24,000 nucleotides of DNA from Actinomycetota bacterium (GTDB taxonomy: Bacteria; Actinomycetota; Acidimicrobiia; IMCC26256; PALSA-610): NCBI GenBank assembly GCA_041691275.1, contig JBEPUZ010000016.1:9354-33353 (forward strand), given 5' to 3'. The number at the start of each line of letters is the position of its first letter. Positions within the stretch are counted from its first letter, which is position 1. The notes beneath the pieces were generated by a model. It had not been told where the DNA came from. It did not search any database and worked only from the letters and a program-made list of their open reading frames with translations. The position numbers were made by a program, and so were the translations under genes. Positions 9,499 through 18,841 of this stretch are shown piece after piece.

Positions 9499-10266
9499 GT
9501 GAGCGCCCGCGGACCGGCCGGTGCCGACGCGGTCGCGCACGTCTTCGTCGATGCGCTCGACGACCGGTGTGACGTCACCGGCGACGACGGTCATCATCTG
9601 CAGAAGGTCAGGCGCCTCGGGGCGGGCGAGATCGTCACCGCGGCCGACGGATCCGGTGCGTGGCGTCGGTATGAGGTGTCCGAAGTGGCGACGCGCCGGC
9701 TCACGCTCCACGCGCTTGACGCGATCGAGTTCGTTCCCGAACCCGTGATTGGCGTCGTGCTCGCGGCGGCGCTGACGAAGGGCGGTCTCGACGACGTGGT
9801 GACCGCGGCGACCGAGCTGGGCGTCGAACGTGTAATACCCCTTCATACCGAACGCGTCGTCGTGCGCTGGGACGAAGCGCGCGCGGCCCGGGGTGTCGCG
9901 CGGCTGCGGATCCTTGCGCGCGAGGCGTCGATGCAGAGTCGCCGCGCGCGGATCCCCGTCATCGACGACGTCCTCGCGCTGCGAATGTTGCGCGAATACG
10001 ACGGACTTGTGCTCGCCGACCCCGCTGGTGTCGACGTCTCCGATCTGTCGCGACCGACGACGACGAACGCAGGGCGCGCGAGATGGACGGTGATCGTCGG
10101 TCCGGAGGGCGGTTTTAGTGCAAACGAGTACGAAATGTTCGCAAAGGTTCCGCGCTTGCGGCTCGGCCCGAACGTGTTGCGCGCAGTCACGGCGCCGATC
10201 GCCGCCGTCGCGGTGCTGGTCCAGGCCGCGGGGCACGTGGGTCCAGAGTTACCGCTGACGGAGTGA
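9499..10266 (+). CDS. rsmE: 16S rRNA (uracil1498-N3)-methyltransferase RsmE
   Basis: The N-terminal PUA-like region (HVFVDAL...GDDGHHLQKVRRL) and C-terminal SPOUT knot (IVGPEGGFSANE...LGPNVLRAVTAP) match RsmE. It follows hrcA-dnaJ, as is usual in Gram-positive and actinobacterial genomes. Confidence 0.9.
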   Translation: MSARGPAGADAVAHVFVDALDDRCDVTGDDGHHLQKVRRLGAGEIVTAADGSGAWRRYEVSEVATRRLTLHALDAIEFVPEPVIGVVLAAALTKGGLDDVVTAATELGVERVIPLHTERVVVRWDEARAARGVARLRILAREASMQSRRARIPVIDDVLALRMLREYDGLVLADPAGVDVSDLSRPTTTNAGRARWTVIVGPEGGFSANEYEMFAKVPRLRLGPNVLRAVTAPIAAVAVLVQAAGHVGPELPLTE

Positions 10267-10328
10267 CGGGTGTCGTGTGGTCTCCTGGGGTGGGGCTCCT
10301 GTTGAAGGTGTTGTCTCCGTTGAGAAGC

Positions 10329-10357
10329 ATGACTTTCACGGAGCGTGCTGGTATTAT
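10329..10357 (+). promoter_or_regulatory. Candidate sigma-70-type promoter of the bldD-like gene, with an embedded BldD-box-like palindrome
   Basis: ATGACT (10329-10334) - 17 nt - TATTAT (10352-10357), inside a locally AT-richer 170-nt spacer. The spacer contains TCAC-GGAGC-GTGC (10336-10348). As I recall the BldD box consensus, TNAC-N5-GTNA, this matches 7 of 8 specified positions. No TSS data are available. Confidence 0.3.
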
Positions 10358-10437
10358 TCGTGTGTCGCACTCTCTGCCGTAGGTAGGGCGCGGGTACAGG
10401 TCCGACAGACGTCGGGTCCGGGCGAGGGAGCATCGAG

Positions 10438-10944
10438 TTGGCGAATACCGGGGCGCGGGTCGGCGAGCGATTGCGGGCGATCCGACGGCAGAAGGGCCTG
10501 TCCCTCCACGACGTCGAGGCGCGATCGAGCCTGGAATTCAAGGCGTCGGTGCTGGGAGCGTACGAGCGAGGCGAGCGCGCCATCTCGGTGCCGCGTCTCC
10601 TCCGGCTGGCCGAGATCTACGAGGTCCCGGCGGACCAGCTTCTGCCGCGCGAGCTCGACGGCGAGATCAGCCTGGTCGAGACGGGTGCGGTCAGCGGGAT
10701 CGACACGAACGCAAAGTTCACGATCGATCTGGTGCGCCTGCACGAGATCGACGATCCCGACGCCCACATCCTCGACCGGTTCGCCACGTCGTTGCAGCGT
10801 GAGCGCCAGGACTTCAACGGGCGCATGCTGACGATCCGGCGCTCCGACCTGCGGGTGCTGGCGTCGTGCATGGGTCGCAGCCTGGAAGAGCTGGGTTCCC
10901 GGCTCGAGCAGCTCGGTCTGCGCGCCGCGATCACGACCGGCTGA
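10438..10944 (+). CDS. bldD: BldD-like XRE-family transcriptional regulator (HTH domain plus c-di-GMP-binding C-terminal domain)
   Basis: 168 aa with a TTG start. From memory it is collinear with Streptomyces BldD. The HTH is RLRAIRRQKGLSLHDVEARS...VLGAYERGERAISVPRLLRLAEIYEVPADQLLP. The C-terminal domain is FTIDLVRL...LQRERQDFNGRMLTIRRSDLRVLA, with RQD-X8-RRSD fitting the RXD-X8-RXXD signature. Confidence 0.8.
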   Translation: MANTGARVGERLRAIRRQKGLSLHDVEARSSLEFKASVLGAYERGERAISVPRLLRLAEIYEVPADQLLPRELDGEISLVETGAVSGIDTNAKFTIDLVRLHEIDDPDAHILDRFATSLQRERQDFNGRMLTIRRSDLRVLASCMGRSLEELGSRLEQLGLRAAITTG

Positions 10945-11027
10945 CTGTTTCGCCGGAGCGTCTTCAACCGGACATCGAGGCATCAGGGGACGGCAACGTC
11001 GTCCACTCGACTACCCTCGCGCGCACC

Positions 11028-12065
11028 TTGGCTCGCACTCACGCCGTCAGCACCGAAGCGGGCCGTTCCGCGTCCCGGACCGGGCAGGTCGGCGCTTTGA
11101 ACCAACCCGTTGAATCGGACGCCTCGGTCAAGATCCTGGTGCCCGGCAACCATCTGATGGTCGGCCTGCTCGGCCAGCGCGACGAGCTCCTCCGCCTGGT
11201 CGAGGCGGAATTCGCGGTGCAGATCCTCGTGCGCGGCAACGAGATCAATATCACGGGCAAGGCCGACGAGGTCGAGCGCGTCGGTCGGCTCTTCGAAGAG
11301 ATGGTGGTGCTGCTCGAGCAGGGCCACGAGCTCGACTTCGACAACCTCGGACGATCGATCGAGATGATGAAGGCTGATCAGCGCCCCACCGACGTGCTCA
11401 CGACCGAGGTCGTGCGCGGGCGCAAGACGATCCGTCCGAAGACGGCGGGGCAGAAGGTCTACGTCGACGCCGTGCGCGACAACACGGTGACCTTCGCGAT
11501 CGGGCCCGCCGGCACCGGCAAGAGCTACCTCGCGGTTGCCCTCGCGGTGCAGGCGCTGCAGGCCAAGGAAGTGAACCGGATCATCCTCACTCGGCCCGCG
11601 GTCGAGGCCGGCGAACGGCTCGGCTTCCTGCCCGGCGACATGTTGCAGAAGGTCGACCCCTACCTGCGCCCGCTCTACGACGCGCTCTACGACATGGTGG
11701 AGCCCGAGGTCGTGGTGCGACTCATGGAGCGGGGCACGATCGAGGTCGCGCCGCTCGCGTACATGCGGGGCCGCACGCTGAACGACTCGTTCATCATCCT
11801 CGACGAGGCGCAGAACACCACGCCGGAACAGATGAAGATGTTCCTGACGCGCTTGGGCTTCGGTTCGAAGGTCGTCGTGACCGGCGACGTCACCCAGATC
11901 GACCTGCCCGAAGGGCGGGGCCGTTCGGGACTCATGCAGGTGCGCGGCGTGCTCGAGGGGATCAACGGTCTGATGTTCGTCGACCTGAGCTCGCGCGACG
12001 TCGTACGCCACCGCATCGTCCAGGACATCGTCGACGCGTACGAGCGCCAGAGCGACCCGAAGTGA
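11028..12065 (+). CDS. phoH: PhoH-family ATPase (PhoH/YbeZ)
   Basis: Walker A ([14 protein letters not shown]), [18 protein letters not shown], Walker B ([11 protein letters not shown]) and [13 protein letters not shown] are all present. The start is uncertain: TTG 11028 is the first in-frame start after the upstream gene's stop, and TTG 11097 is an alternative. The ORF-track start at 10866 would overlap bldD by 79 nt. Confidence 0.9.
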   Translation: MARTHAVSTEAGRSASRTGQVGALNQPVESDASVKILVPGNHLMVGLLGQRDELLRLVEAEFAVQILVRGNEINITGKADEVERVGRLFEEMVVLLEQGHELDFDNLGRSIEMMKADQRPTDVLTTEVVRGRKTIRPKTAGQKVYVDAVRDNTVTFAIGPAGTGKSYLAVALAVQALQAKEVNRIILTRPAVEAGERLGFLPGDMLQKVDPYLRPLYDALYDMVEPEVVVRLMERGTIEVAPLAYMRGRTLNDSFIILDEAQNTTPEQMKMFLTRLGFGSKVVVTGDVTQIDLPEGRGRSGLMQVRGVLEGINGLMFVDLSSRDVVRHRIVQDIVDAYERQSDPK

Positions 12066-12622
12066 GCGACGAGGAGATGGTGATCGACGACTCGCCGTCG
12101 GTGTTCGGCGCCGACGAGCAACACGACGTCGAGGTCGACGTCTCGCGCTGGGTGCGGCTCGCGAAGCTCGTGCTCGACAGCGAGCGCGTGAACGCGCGCT
12201 ACGGCACCGACGTCGAGATGTCGCTGTTGTTCGTTGACGAGACCACAATCGCGGAGCTGAACGTCAGGTTCCTCGGGGGCGACGGTCCGACCGACGTCCT
12301 CTCGTTCCCGCTCGACGAGGAGCTGCCGCCCGCCGGCCGCCAACCGGACCAGGGCGGACGCGGCCCGGGTGCACCGTCGGATGCGGGCGATCCGCCCACA
12401 CTGCTGGGTGACGTGATCGTGTGCCCGCTGGTGGCCGGGCGCCAGGCCCTCGAGCGGGGCATCCCCGCCGACGACGAGATCGCGTTGCTCGTTGTCCACG
12501 GCGTGCTGCACCTGCTCGACTACGACCATGCCGAACCCGAGGAGACCACCGCCATGCGCCGGCGCGAACAGGAGCTCCTCGCCAAGTTCCGCGAAGTCGA
12601 GCGCGAGATGTTCGGGGCATAG
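12062..12622 (+). CDS. ybeY: rRNA maturation endoribonuclease YbeY
   Basis: Zinc-binding motif HGVLHLLDYDH. GTG 12062 overlaps the phoH stop (GTGA). It sits in the classic phoH-ybeY-corC-era order. Confidence 0.9.
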   Translation: MSDEEMVIDDSPSVFGADEQHDVEVDVSRWVRLAKLVLDSERVNARYGTDVEMSLLFVDETTIAELNVRFLGGDGPTDVLSFPLDEELPPAGRQPDQGGRGPGAPSDAGDPPTLLGDVIVCPLVAGRQALERGIPADDEIALLVVHGVLHLLDYDHAEPEETTAMRRREQELLAKFREVEREMFGA

Positions 12623-12696
12623 GTCGTGGGCCGCAACGCACCTCCAGATACCGTGAGCCGCTCGATGAGGTCGAGTGCGCCGGAAGTTCCGCCGGG

Positions 12697-13992
12697 ATGG
12701 CCGTCGTGAGCGCGATCTCCATCTCCATCGTCGCGATGCTGTGGGTCCTGTCCGGCGTGCTCGCGCTCGCGGAGACCGCGTTCACCCGGGTCAACCCGAT
12801 CCGTCTGCGCGCACTCGACGAAGAAGGCGACAAGCGCGCCCGAAGAGTGTTGCGTCTGCTCGAGCGTCCCGAGCAGACGCTCAACAGCATCCTGTTGCTC
12901 GTGCTCGGGTGCCAGATGATCGGCGCGACCCTGCTCGGCACCGTGTTGCAACCGTCCTTCGGAGCCGCCGGCATCGCTATCAGCATCTTCGTCGAGATCT
13001 TCGTGGTCTTCACGCTGTTCGAAGTGGTGCCCAAGACCTTCGCGCTGCAACACAGCGACCGCACCGCTCTCGCGATCTCGCCGCTACTCGCGTCGGTCAC
13101 CGGCTTCCCGCCGCTGCGTGTCCTCACCCGCGGCTTCATCGGCTTCGCGAACATCGTGTTGCCGGGCAAGGGCATGCGCCTCGGTCCGTTCGCCAGCGAG
13201 GCCGACATCCTCACGATGGCCGACGTCGCCGCCCAGGAAGACTCGATCGAACCCGAGGAGCGTGAGCTCATCCACTCGATCTTCGACTTCGGCGACACAG
13301 TCGTGCGCGAGGTCATGCTGCCCCGCACCGACATGGTCGCCCTCGAGGCCGAGGCGACGGTCGACGAGGCGATCGCGGTGGCGATCGAGGCGGGCAACTC
13401 GCGCTACCCGGCCTACGAGGACACCACCGACAACATCGTCGGCCTCGTGTTCGTCAAGGATCTGCTCGCCCGGGTCGCGGCCGACGAACGCACCGAGCCC
13501 GTGCGCGTCAGCATGCGCCCCGCGCACTTCGTGCCGGAGTCGAAACGCGTGGCGGAGCTCCTGCGCGAGATGCAGACGGAGAAGTTCCACATGGCGATCG
13601 TCGTCGACGAGTACGGCGGCACCGCCGGTCTCGTCACGATGGAGGACCTGCTCGAAGAGATCGTCGGGGAGATCACAGATGAGTACGACCCACCGGAACC
13701 GACGGTCGAGCGCATGCCGAGCGGCGCGTTGCGCGCTCCGGGACGTACGCCGATCGACGAGGTCAACGACCTGCTCGACGTCGATCTCCCCCAAGACGAG
13801 TGGGACACGGTCGGCGGCCTCGTCTTCAACACGCTCGGGCACGTCCCGATCGAAGGCGAGTGCCTTGAGGTCGACGGCCTGGAGTTCTGCGCGGAACGTG
13901 TCCAGGGTCGGCGCATCGTGTCGGTGATCATCACGCGCGTCCCTGCTGCGGTCGGAGAAGAAGCCCCCGCGACCGCCGATCGCGGCGAATGA
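12697..13992 (+). CDS. Hemolysin-family / CNNM-type membrane protein with a CBS pair and a CorC_HlyC domain
   Basis: N-terminal DUF21/CNNM TM domain (MAVVSAISISIVAMLWVLSGVLALAETAF...), CBS region (VREVMLPRTDMVAL...) and CorC_HlyC C-terminus (MAIVVDEYGGTAGLVTMEDLLEEIVGEI). I place the start at ATG 12697; the ORF-track start at 12421 lies inside ybeY. Confidence 0.9.
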   Translation: MAVVSAISISIVAMLWVLSGVLALAETAFTRVNPIRLRALDEEGDKRARRVLRLLERPEQTLNSILLLVLGCQMIGATLLGTVLQPSFGAAGIAISIFVEIFVVFTLFEVVPKTFALQHSDRTALAISPLLASVTGFPPLRVLTRGFIGFANIVLPGKGMRLGPFASEADILTMADVAAQEDSIEPEERELIHSIFDFGDTVVREVMLPRTDMVALEAEATVDEAIAVAIEAGNSRYPAYEDTTDNIVGLVFVKDLLARVAADERTEPVRVSMRPAHFVPESKRVAELLREMQTEKFHMAIVVDEYGGTAGLVTMEDLLEEIVGEITDEYDPPEPTVERMPSGALRAPGRTPIDEVNDLLDVDLPQDEWDTVGGLVFNTLGHVPIEGECLEVDGLEFCAERVQGRRIVSVIITRVPAAVGEEAPATADRGE

Positions 13993-14918
13993 GCGACGCG
14001 GCTGCGAGCAACGCGTACGAAGAGACGGGCTTTCGCTCCGGGTTCGTGTCGCTGGTCGGTCGGCCCAACGTCGGCAAGTCGACGCTGCTGAACCAGATCA
14101 TCGGGCGCAAGGTCTCGATCGTCTCCGAGAAACCGCAGACGACCCGCACGCAGGTGAGGGGAGTGCGTACGACCGCCGACTCGCAGATCGTGTTCCTCGA
14201 CACCCCGGGGGTGCACAGGCCGCGCACACTGCTCGGTGCACGTGCGAACGACCGCGCCCTCACGACCCTGGCCGAGGTCGACGTCGTGTGCTTCCTGATC
14301 GAGGCGAACGCCGCGATCGGTCCCGGCGACCGGTTCGTCGCCGCCCGTCTCGCCGAGGTCTCCACGCCGGTCGTGCTGGCGGTCAACAAGACGGATCTCG
14401 CGTCGAAGGACGCCATCTTCGACCACTTGGCCCAGGCTTCGGGCGAGCTCGGTGACTTCGCCGCGTTCGTGCCGCTCTCCGCTCGAGGCGGCGAGGGCGT
14501 GCCCGCGCTCCTCGGCGAGCTCGAGTCCCGACTGCCGCCCGGTCCGCACTACTACCCGGACGGCATGGTCTCCGACCAGCCCGAATCGTTCCTGGCCGCG
14601 GAGCTGGTGCGCGAGCAACTGCTCGTGATGGCGCGTGAGGAGCTGCCGCACTCCATTGCTGTGAACGCCGACGAGGTCGAGGAACGCGAGACCGCCGACG
14701 GACCACTGCTCGTGGTGCGGGTCATCATCCGGGTCGAGCGGGACTCCCAGAAAGGGATCGTGATCGGGAAGGGGGGTGCGGTGCTGAAGGCGGCGGGAAC
14801 GGCCGCGCGCCTCGAGCTGGAAGCGCTCCTCGGTACCCGGGTCCACCTGGAGACGCGGGTCAAGGTCGATCCCGACTGGCAGCGCAAATCCGGTTCCCTC
14901 GACCGGCTGGGGCTCTAA
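13989..14918 (+). CDS. era: GTPase Era
   Basis: G1 (GRPNVGKSTL), G3 (DTPG), G4 (NKTD) and a C-terminal KH domain (VERDSQKGIVIGKGGAVLK). ATGA overlap with the upstream gene. Confidence 0.95.
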   Translation: MSDAAASNAYEETGFRSGFVSLVGRPNVGKSTLLNQIIGRKVSIVSEKPQTTRTQVRGVRTTADSQIVFLDTPGVHRPRTLLGARANDRALTTLAEVDVVCFLIEANAAIGPGDRFVAARLAEVSTPVVLAVNKTDLASKDAIFDHLAQASGELGDFAAFVPLSARGGEGVPALLGELESRLPPGPHYYPDGMVSDQPESFLAAELVREQLLVMAREELPHSIAVNADEVEERETADGPLLVVRVIIRVERDSQKGIVIGKGGAVLKAAGTAARLELEALLGTRVHLETRVKVDPDWQRKSGSLDRLGL

Positions 14919-15104
14919 CGGGCGCAGCCGTGTCCCGTGCGGACGAAGCGCAGCGCAGCGGAGCCCGAGGGAGCCCTATTTGTGCTTGTGATCATGCGCG
15001 TGTCACCACCTCGCGCGGTTGCCGTGCCAGAGTTGAGTTCTGGAGAATCGACCGTTGTAGAGTCCGGCCGATCTCCTGCAGAGACTCGTCGCCGAGAGAG
15101 GCTG

Positions 15105-16235
15105 ATGTTGGACCGCACCCACCGGTTCCGGCGCGCAGGCACTACTGCCGCCATCGCGATTGCCGTCGTCGCGTTGGCGGGATGTGGTGACAGCACCGGG
15201 CCGAAGAACAAACAGAACGCGCTGCGACCAGCCGGAAAGTACGCGCGCCAGATCCTCCACCTGACCGAGCCCTTCTTCTGGGTCGCGGTCGTCGTCGGGG
15301 TTGGCGTCATCGCAGGAACCCTCTATGTCGCGCTGCGGTTCCGGGAGAAGCCGGGCGAGGAGCGTTCGCCCGTCCAGGTCCACGGCAACACCGCCCTCGA
15401 GATCAGCTGGACGATCATCCCGGCCGTAATCCTCGCGATCATGGCCGTGCCGACCGTCGCCACCATCTTCAGCCTGGCGAAGAAGCCCACCGGCCCGAAC
15501 GTGGTGCACGTCACCGTGACGGCCCGGCAGTGGTGGTGGGAATTCAAGTACACCGACGCGAACAACAACGTCGAGACCGCGAACGAGCTGCACATCCCGG
15601 CCGGACAGCCGATCTCGCTCACGCTCCAGACGCCGACGTGCTCGCCGACGCCGTGCTACCTGAATGGCGTCATCCATTCGTTCTGGATCCCGGAGCTCAA
15701 CGGGAAGAAGGATGTCGTCCCCGGCCGCAAGCAGTTCTTGAAGCTCGAGGCCGACGATCCCGGCGTCTACCAGGGGCAGTGCGCGGAGTACTGCGGTCTC
15801 TCGCACGCCGACATGCGAATGCGCGTGATCGCCCAGACTCCGGCCGAGTACGACGCCTGGGTCAAGAGTCAGTTAGCGCAGAAGACGACGGAGGCGCAGC
15901 TGCTCAAGGACGTGAACAACACCACGTACGCCTGCGCGAGCTGTCACAGTTTCAAGTCGGCCACTGCGGGCGCGGTCGCGCCCAACCTCACCCACCTCGC
16001 CGATCGGACCGCCTTCGCAGGCGACAAGTACCTCCTGAACTACGACAACTTGTGGAAGTGGATCTACGACGCCCCCTCCCGTAAGCCGATGGGGAACCTG
16101 TTGCAGCACATGCCCAACTTCAGTGCGTCGCCGTTCAACATGACAAAAGCCGAGGCGCAGAAGATCGCGTGCTCCTTGCTGACCGATACCGCCACCAATC
16201 CGGGTCCGACCCCGGCGGAGTGTGTAGGCAAATGA
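15105..16235 (+). CDS. ctaC: Cytochrome c oxidase subunit II with a fused C-terminal cytochrome c domain (caa3-type CtaC)
   Basis: Lipoprotein-like signal (AIAIAVVALAGCGDS), two TM helices, a CuA site (CAEYCGLSHADM), then a heme-c motif CASCH with a distal MPNF. I place the start at ATG 15105, preceded by GAGAGG; the ORF-track start at 14937 adds an implausible Arg-rich leader. Confidence 0.9.
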   Translation: MLDRTHRFRRAGTTAAIAIAVVALAGCGDSTGPKNKQNALRPAGKYARQILHLTEPFFWVAVVVGVGVIAGTLYVALRFREKPGEERSPVQVHGNTALEISWTIIPAVILAIMAVPTVATIFSLAKKPTGPNVVHVTVTARQWWWEFKYTDANNNVETANELHIPAGQPISLTLQTPTCSPTPCYLNGVIHSFWIPELNGKKDVVPGRKQFLKLEADDPGVYQGQCAEYCGLSHADMRMRVIAQTPAEYDAWVKSQLAQKTTEAQLLKDVNNTTYACASCHSFKSATAGAVAPNLTHLADRTAFAGDKYLLNYDNLWKWIYDAPSRKPMGNLLQHMPNFSASPFNMTKAEAQKIACSLLTDTATNPGPTPAECVGK

Positions 16236-18190
16236 CCACAGTCGAAGACGCCACCGCGCTCGTCCACACTCCCGACCAGGGGGCGCGGATACTCCAGCGC
16301 CCGCGCACGACGACCGGGCCCTGGAGCTGGGTCACGACGGTCGACCACAAAAAAATCGGGATCATGTACGGCACCCTCGCGATTTTCTTCTTCTGCGTGG
16401 GTGGCATCGAGGCGTTGTTCATCCGGCTCCAGCTCGCACGCCCCAACGGCACCATCTTGAGCGCGGCCCGTTACAACGAATTCTTCACCATGCACGGCAC
16501 CACGATGATCTTCCTTTTGGGAATGCCGATCGCGGCCGCGTTCGGCAACTATCTCGTGCCGCTGATGATCGGGACGCGCGACGTCGCGTTCCCGCGCCTC
16601 AACATGCTCGGGTTCTGGATCTTCGCCTTCGGCGGGATCTTCCTGTACTCGTCGTTCGCGCTGGGCGGCGCACCTGACGGCGGTTGGTTCGGCTACGCCC
16701 CGCTCACCAGCACCCCGTTCGCCAACGGTTACCTCCCCGGCCACGGCACCGACTTCTGGGCGGTCGGCATCATCATGCTCGGCATTGGCTCGGTCGCGAC
16801 CGCCGTGAACTTCTTGGTGACGATCCTCAACATGCGCGCGCCCGGGATGACGATGATGCGCATGCCGGTGTTCGTATGGATGATCCTCGTGACCGCGTTC
16901 CTGACGCTGTTCGCGATGCCGCCCGTGACCGCGGCGCTGATCATGGTCTTCATGGACCGCAACTTCCACACGAACTTCTTCAATGCGGCCGCGGGTGGAG
17001 ACCCGCTCGTGTACCAGAACCTGTTCTGGATCTTCGGCCATCCGGAGGTGTACATCCTGATCCTTCCGGGATTCGCCATCGTGTCGGAGATCCTTCCGGT
17101 CTTCTCACGCAAGCCGCTCTTCGGCTACTCGGTCGTCGTCTTCTCGGGCATCGCGATCGGTTTCCTCGGCTGGGGCGTGTGGGCGCACCACATGTTCGCC
17201 TCCGGGCTGGGTCCCGTCGCCGTCTCTGCGTTCGGGATGTCGACGATGCTCATCGCGATCCCGACCGGCGTGAAGATCTTCAACTGGCTGGCCACCGTGT
17301 GGGGCGGTGCCGTACGACTCAGAACGCCCATGCTGTTCGCGCTCGGCTTCATCGCCCAGTTCACCATCGGCGGCCTCTCGGGCGTCTTGCACGCGATCGT
17401 GCCGAGCGACACGCAGCAGACCGACACGTACTTCGTGATCGCCCACTTCCACTACGTGCTGTTCGGCGGCCTCGTCTTCTCCGTGTTCGGTGGCTTCTAC
17501 TACTGGTGGCCGAAGTTCTTCGGCAAGATGCTCAACGAGAAGCTGGGCAAGCTGAACTTCTGGCTGATGGTCGTCGGGTTCAACCTCACGTTCTTCCCAA
17601 TGCACTTCCTCGGCTTCGAGGGCCAGCCCCGCCGTACCTACACGTATCCGTCGGGCATGGGCTGGGACACGCTCAACCTGTTGGCCACGATCGGCGCGTT
17701 CATCATCGCCCTGTCGGTGCTCACGTTCTTGGTGAACGTGATCTTCACCTCCCGCCGTGGGGCGAAGGTCGGCCACGACCCGTGGGATGCGCGCACCTTG
17801 GAGTGGAGCATCCCGTCGCCGCCGCCCGAGTACAACTTCGCGGTCGTGCCCGTCGTCACGAGTCTCGATGATTACTGGCACCGCAAGTACACCGAGGACG
17901 ACGAGGGCCGTCTGGTGCGGCTGCCGACGGGCGGATCGGGAGACGACGAGGATCTGACGCCCGCCGGGTTCGATCCGCACAGCATCCATATGCCGTCGCC
18001 GTCGTACTGGCCCCTGATCTTCGCGATGGGCCTGCCGATCATCGGATACGGCTTCGTGTTCAAGAACTGGTGGCTGTTGGCGGCCGGGGTGCTGGTCGCG
18101 TTCTTCGGGCTCAACGGCTGGGCGATCGAGCCGTCGACCGAACCGGATCCGACCACGACGCCGGAACGACACGGGACGGAGGTGCACTGA
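16232..18190 (+). CDS. ctaD: Cytochrome c oxidase subunit I (A1-type heme-copper oxidase), long form with a C-terminal two-helix extension
   Basis: WVTTVDHKKIGIMYG, FWIFGHPEVYILILPGF (the D-channel Glu is present) and HFHYVLFGG. ATGA overlap with ctaC (16232-16235). 652 aa, about 100 aa beyond the usual end of helix XII. Confidence 0.95.
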   Translation: MTTVEDATALVHTPDQGARILQRPRTTTGPWSWVTTVDHKKIGIMYGTLAIFFFCVGGIEALFIRLQLARPNGTILSAARYNEFFTMHGTTMIFLLGMPIAAAFGNYLVPLMIGTRDVAFPRLNMLGFWIFAFGGIFLYSSFALGGAPDGGWFGYAPLTSTPFANGYLPGHGTDFWAVGIIMLGIGSVATAVNFLVTILNMRAPGMTMMRMPVFVWMILVTAFLTLFAMPPVTAALIMVFMDRNFHTNFFNAAAGGDPLVYQNLFWIFGHPEVYILILPGFAIVSEILPVFSRKPLFGYSVVVFSGIAIGFLGWGVWAHHMFASGLGPVAVSAFGMSTMLIAIPTGVKIFNWLATVWGGAVRLRTPMLFALGFIAQFTIGGLSGVLHAIVPSDTQQTDTYFVIAHFHYVLFGGLVFSVFGGFYYWWPKFFGKMLNEKLGKLNFWLMVVGFNLTFFPMHFLGFEGQPRRTYTYPSGMGWDTLNLLATIGAFIIALSVLTFLVNVIFTSRRGAKVGHDPWDARTLEWSIPSPPPEYNFAVVPVVTSLDDYWHRKYTEDDEGRLVRLPTGGSGDDEDLTPAGFDPHSIHMPSPSYWPLIFAMGLPIIGYGFVFKNWWLLAAGVLVAFFGLNGWAIEPSTEPDPTTTPERHGTEVH

Positions 18191-18831
18191 TGGCGCTTGT
18201 CGCGACGGGTTCGTCGGAGCTCGTTCCGACACCCGGGCACGCCGGGCACGCTCACGACACCAACACCGGCGTCAGCAACCCGAAGCTTGCTATCTGGCTG
18301 TTCCTGTCGTCGGAGGCGCTCTTCTTCGGTGCCTTCATCTCGACGTACTTTCTCTACCGCGGTCGTGACGCCCAGTTCCTGAAGGGCCCCACGCCCGACA
18401 AGCTCCTCAACATCCCGTTCACGTCGGTGACGTCGTTCGTGCTGCTCATGAGCTCGCTGACGATGGTGCTCGCCCTCGCCGCGATCCAGCGGGGCGATCA
18501 CACCCGGCTGCGGATCTGGCTGCTCGCAACCTGTCTGTTCGGCGCCACGTTCGTCGGCGGTCAGCTCTACGAGTTCACCGAGTTCTATCGCAAGGGCCTG
18601 CACCTCTCGACGAACATGTTCGGGACGACGTTCTTCGTGCTGACCGGTCTGCACGGCGCCCACGTCACGATCGGCATCATCTGGCTGCTCTTGTTGTGGG
18701 GTCGCTCGATGCAGGGCCGGCTGCCGTCCGAGAAGTCGGAGGCGATCGAGATCGCCGGCCTCTACTGGCACTTCGTCGACGTGGTGTGGATCTTCATCTT
18801 CACCGCGATCTATCTGATCCCGACGCACTGA
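18190..18831 (+). CDS. ctaE: Cytochrome c oxidase subunit III
   Basis: 213 aa. Motifs: KLAIWLFLSSEALFFGAFISTYF, FFVLTGLHGAHVTIG, YWHFVDVVWIFIF. The start overlaps the ctaD stop (TGATG). Confidence 0.9.
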   Translation: MALVATGSSELVPTPGHAGHAHDTNTGVSNPKLAIWLFLSSEALFFGAFISTYFLYRGRDAQFLKGPTPDKLLNIPFTSVTSFVLLMSSLTMVLALAAIQRGDHTRLRIWLLATCLFGATFVGGQLYEFTEFYRKGLHLSTNMFGTTFFVLTGLHGAHVTIGIIWLLLLWGRSMQGRLPSEKSEAIEIAGLYWHFVDVVWIFIFTAIYLIPTH

Positions 18832-18841
18832 GGATGCTCGT

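Noticed and set aside
14919-15104. The 186-nt era-ctaC spacer, searched for a tRNA, terminator or promoter. It contains TTGAGT..TAGAGT with a 19-nt spacer, the TGATCA palindrome, and the short hairpin GTCC-N5-GGAC.
   Set aside because: No tRNA-like conserved elements are present. The hairpin is only 4 bp with no U-tract. The promoter-like hexamers have non-optimal spacing. Nothing was strong enough to annotate.
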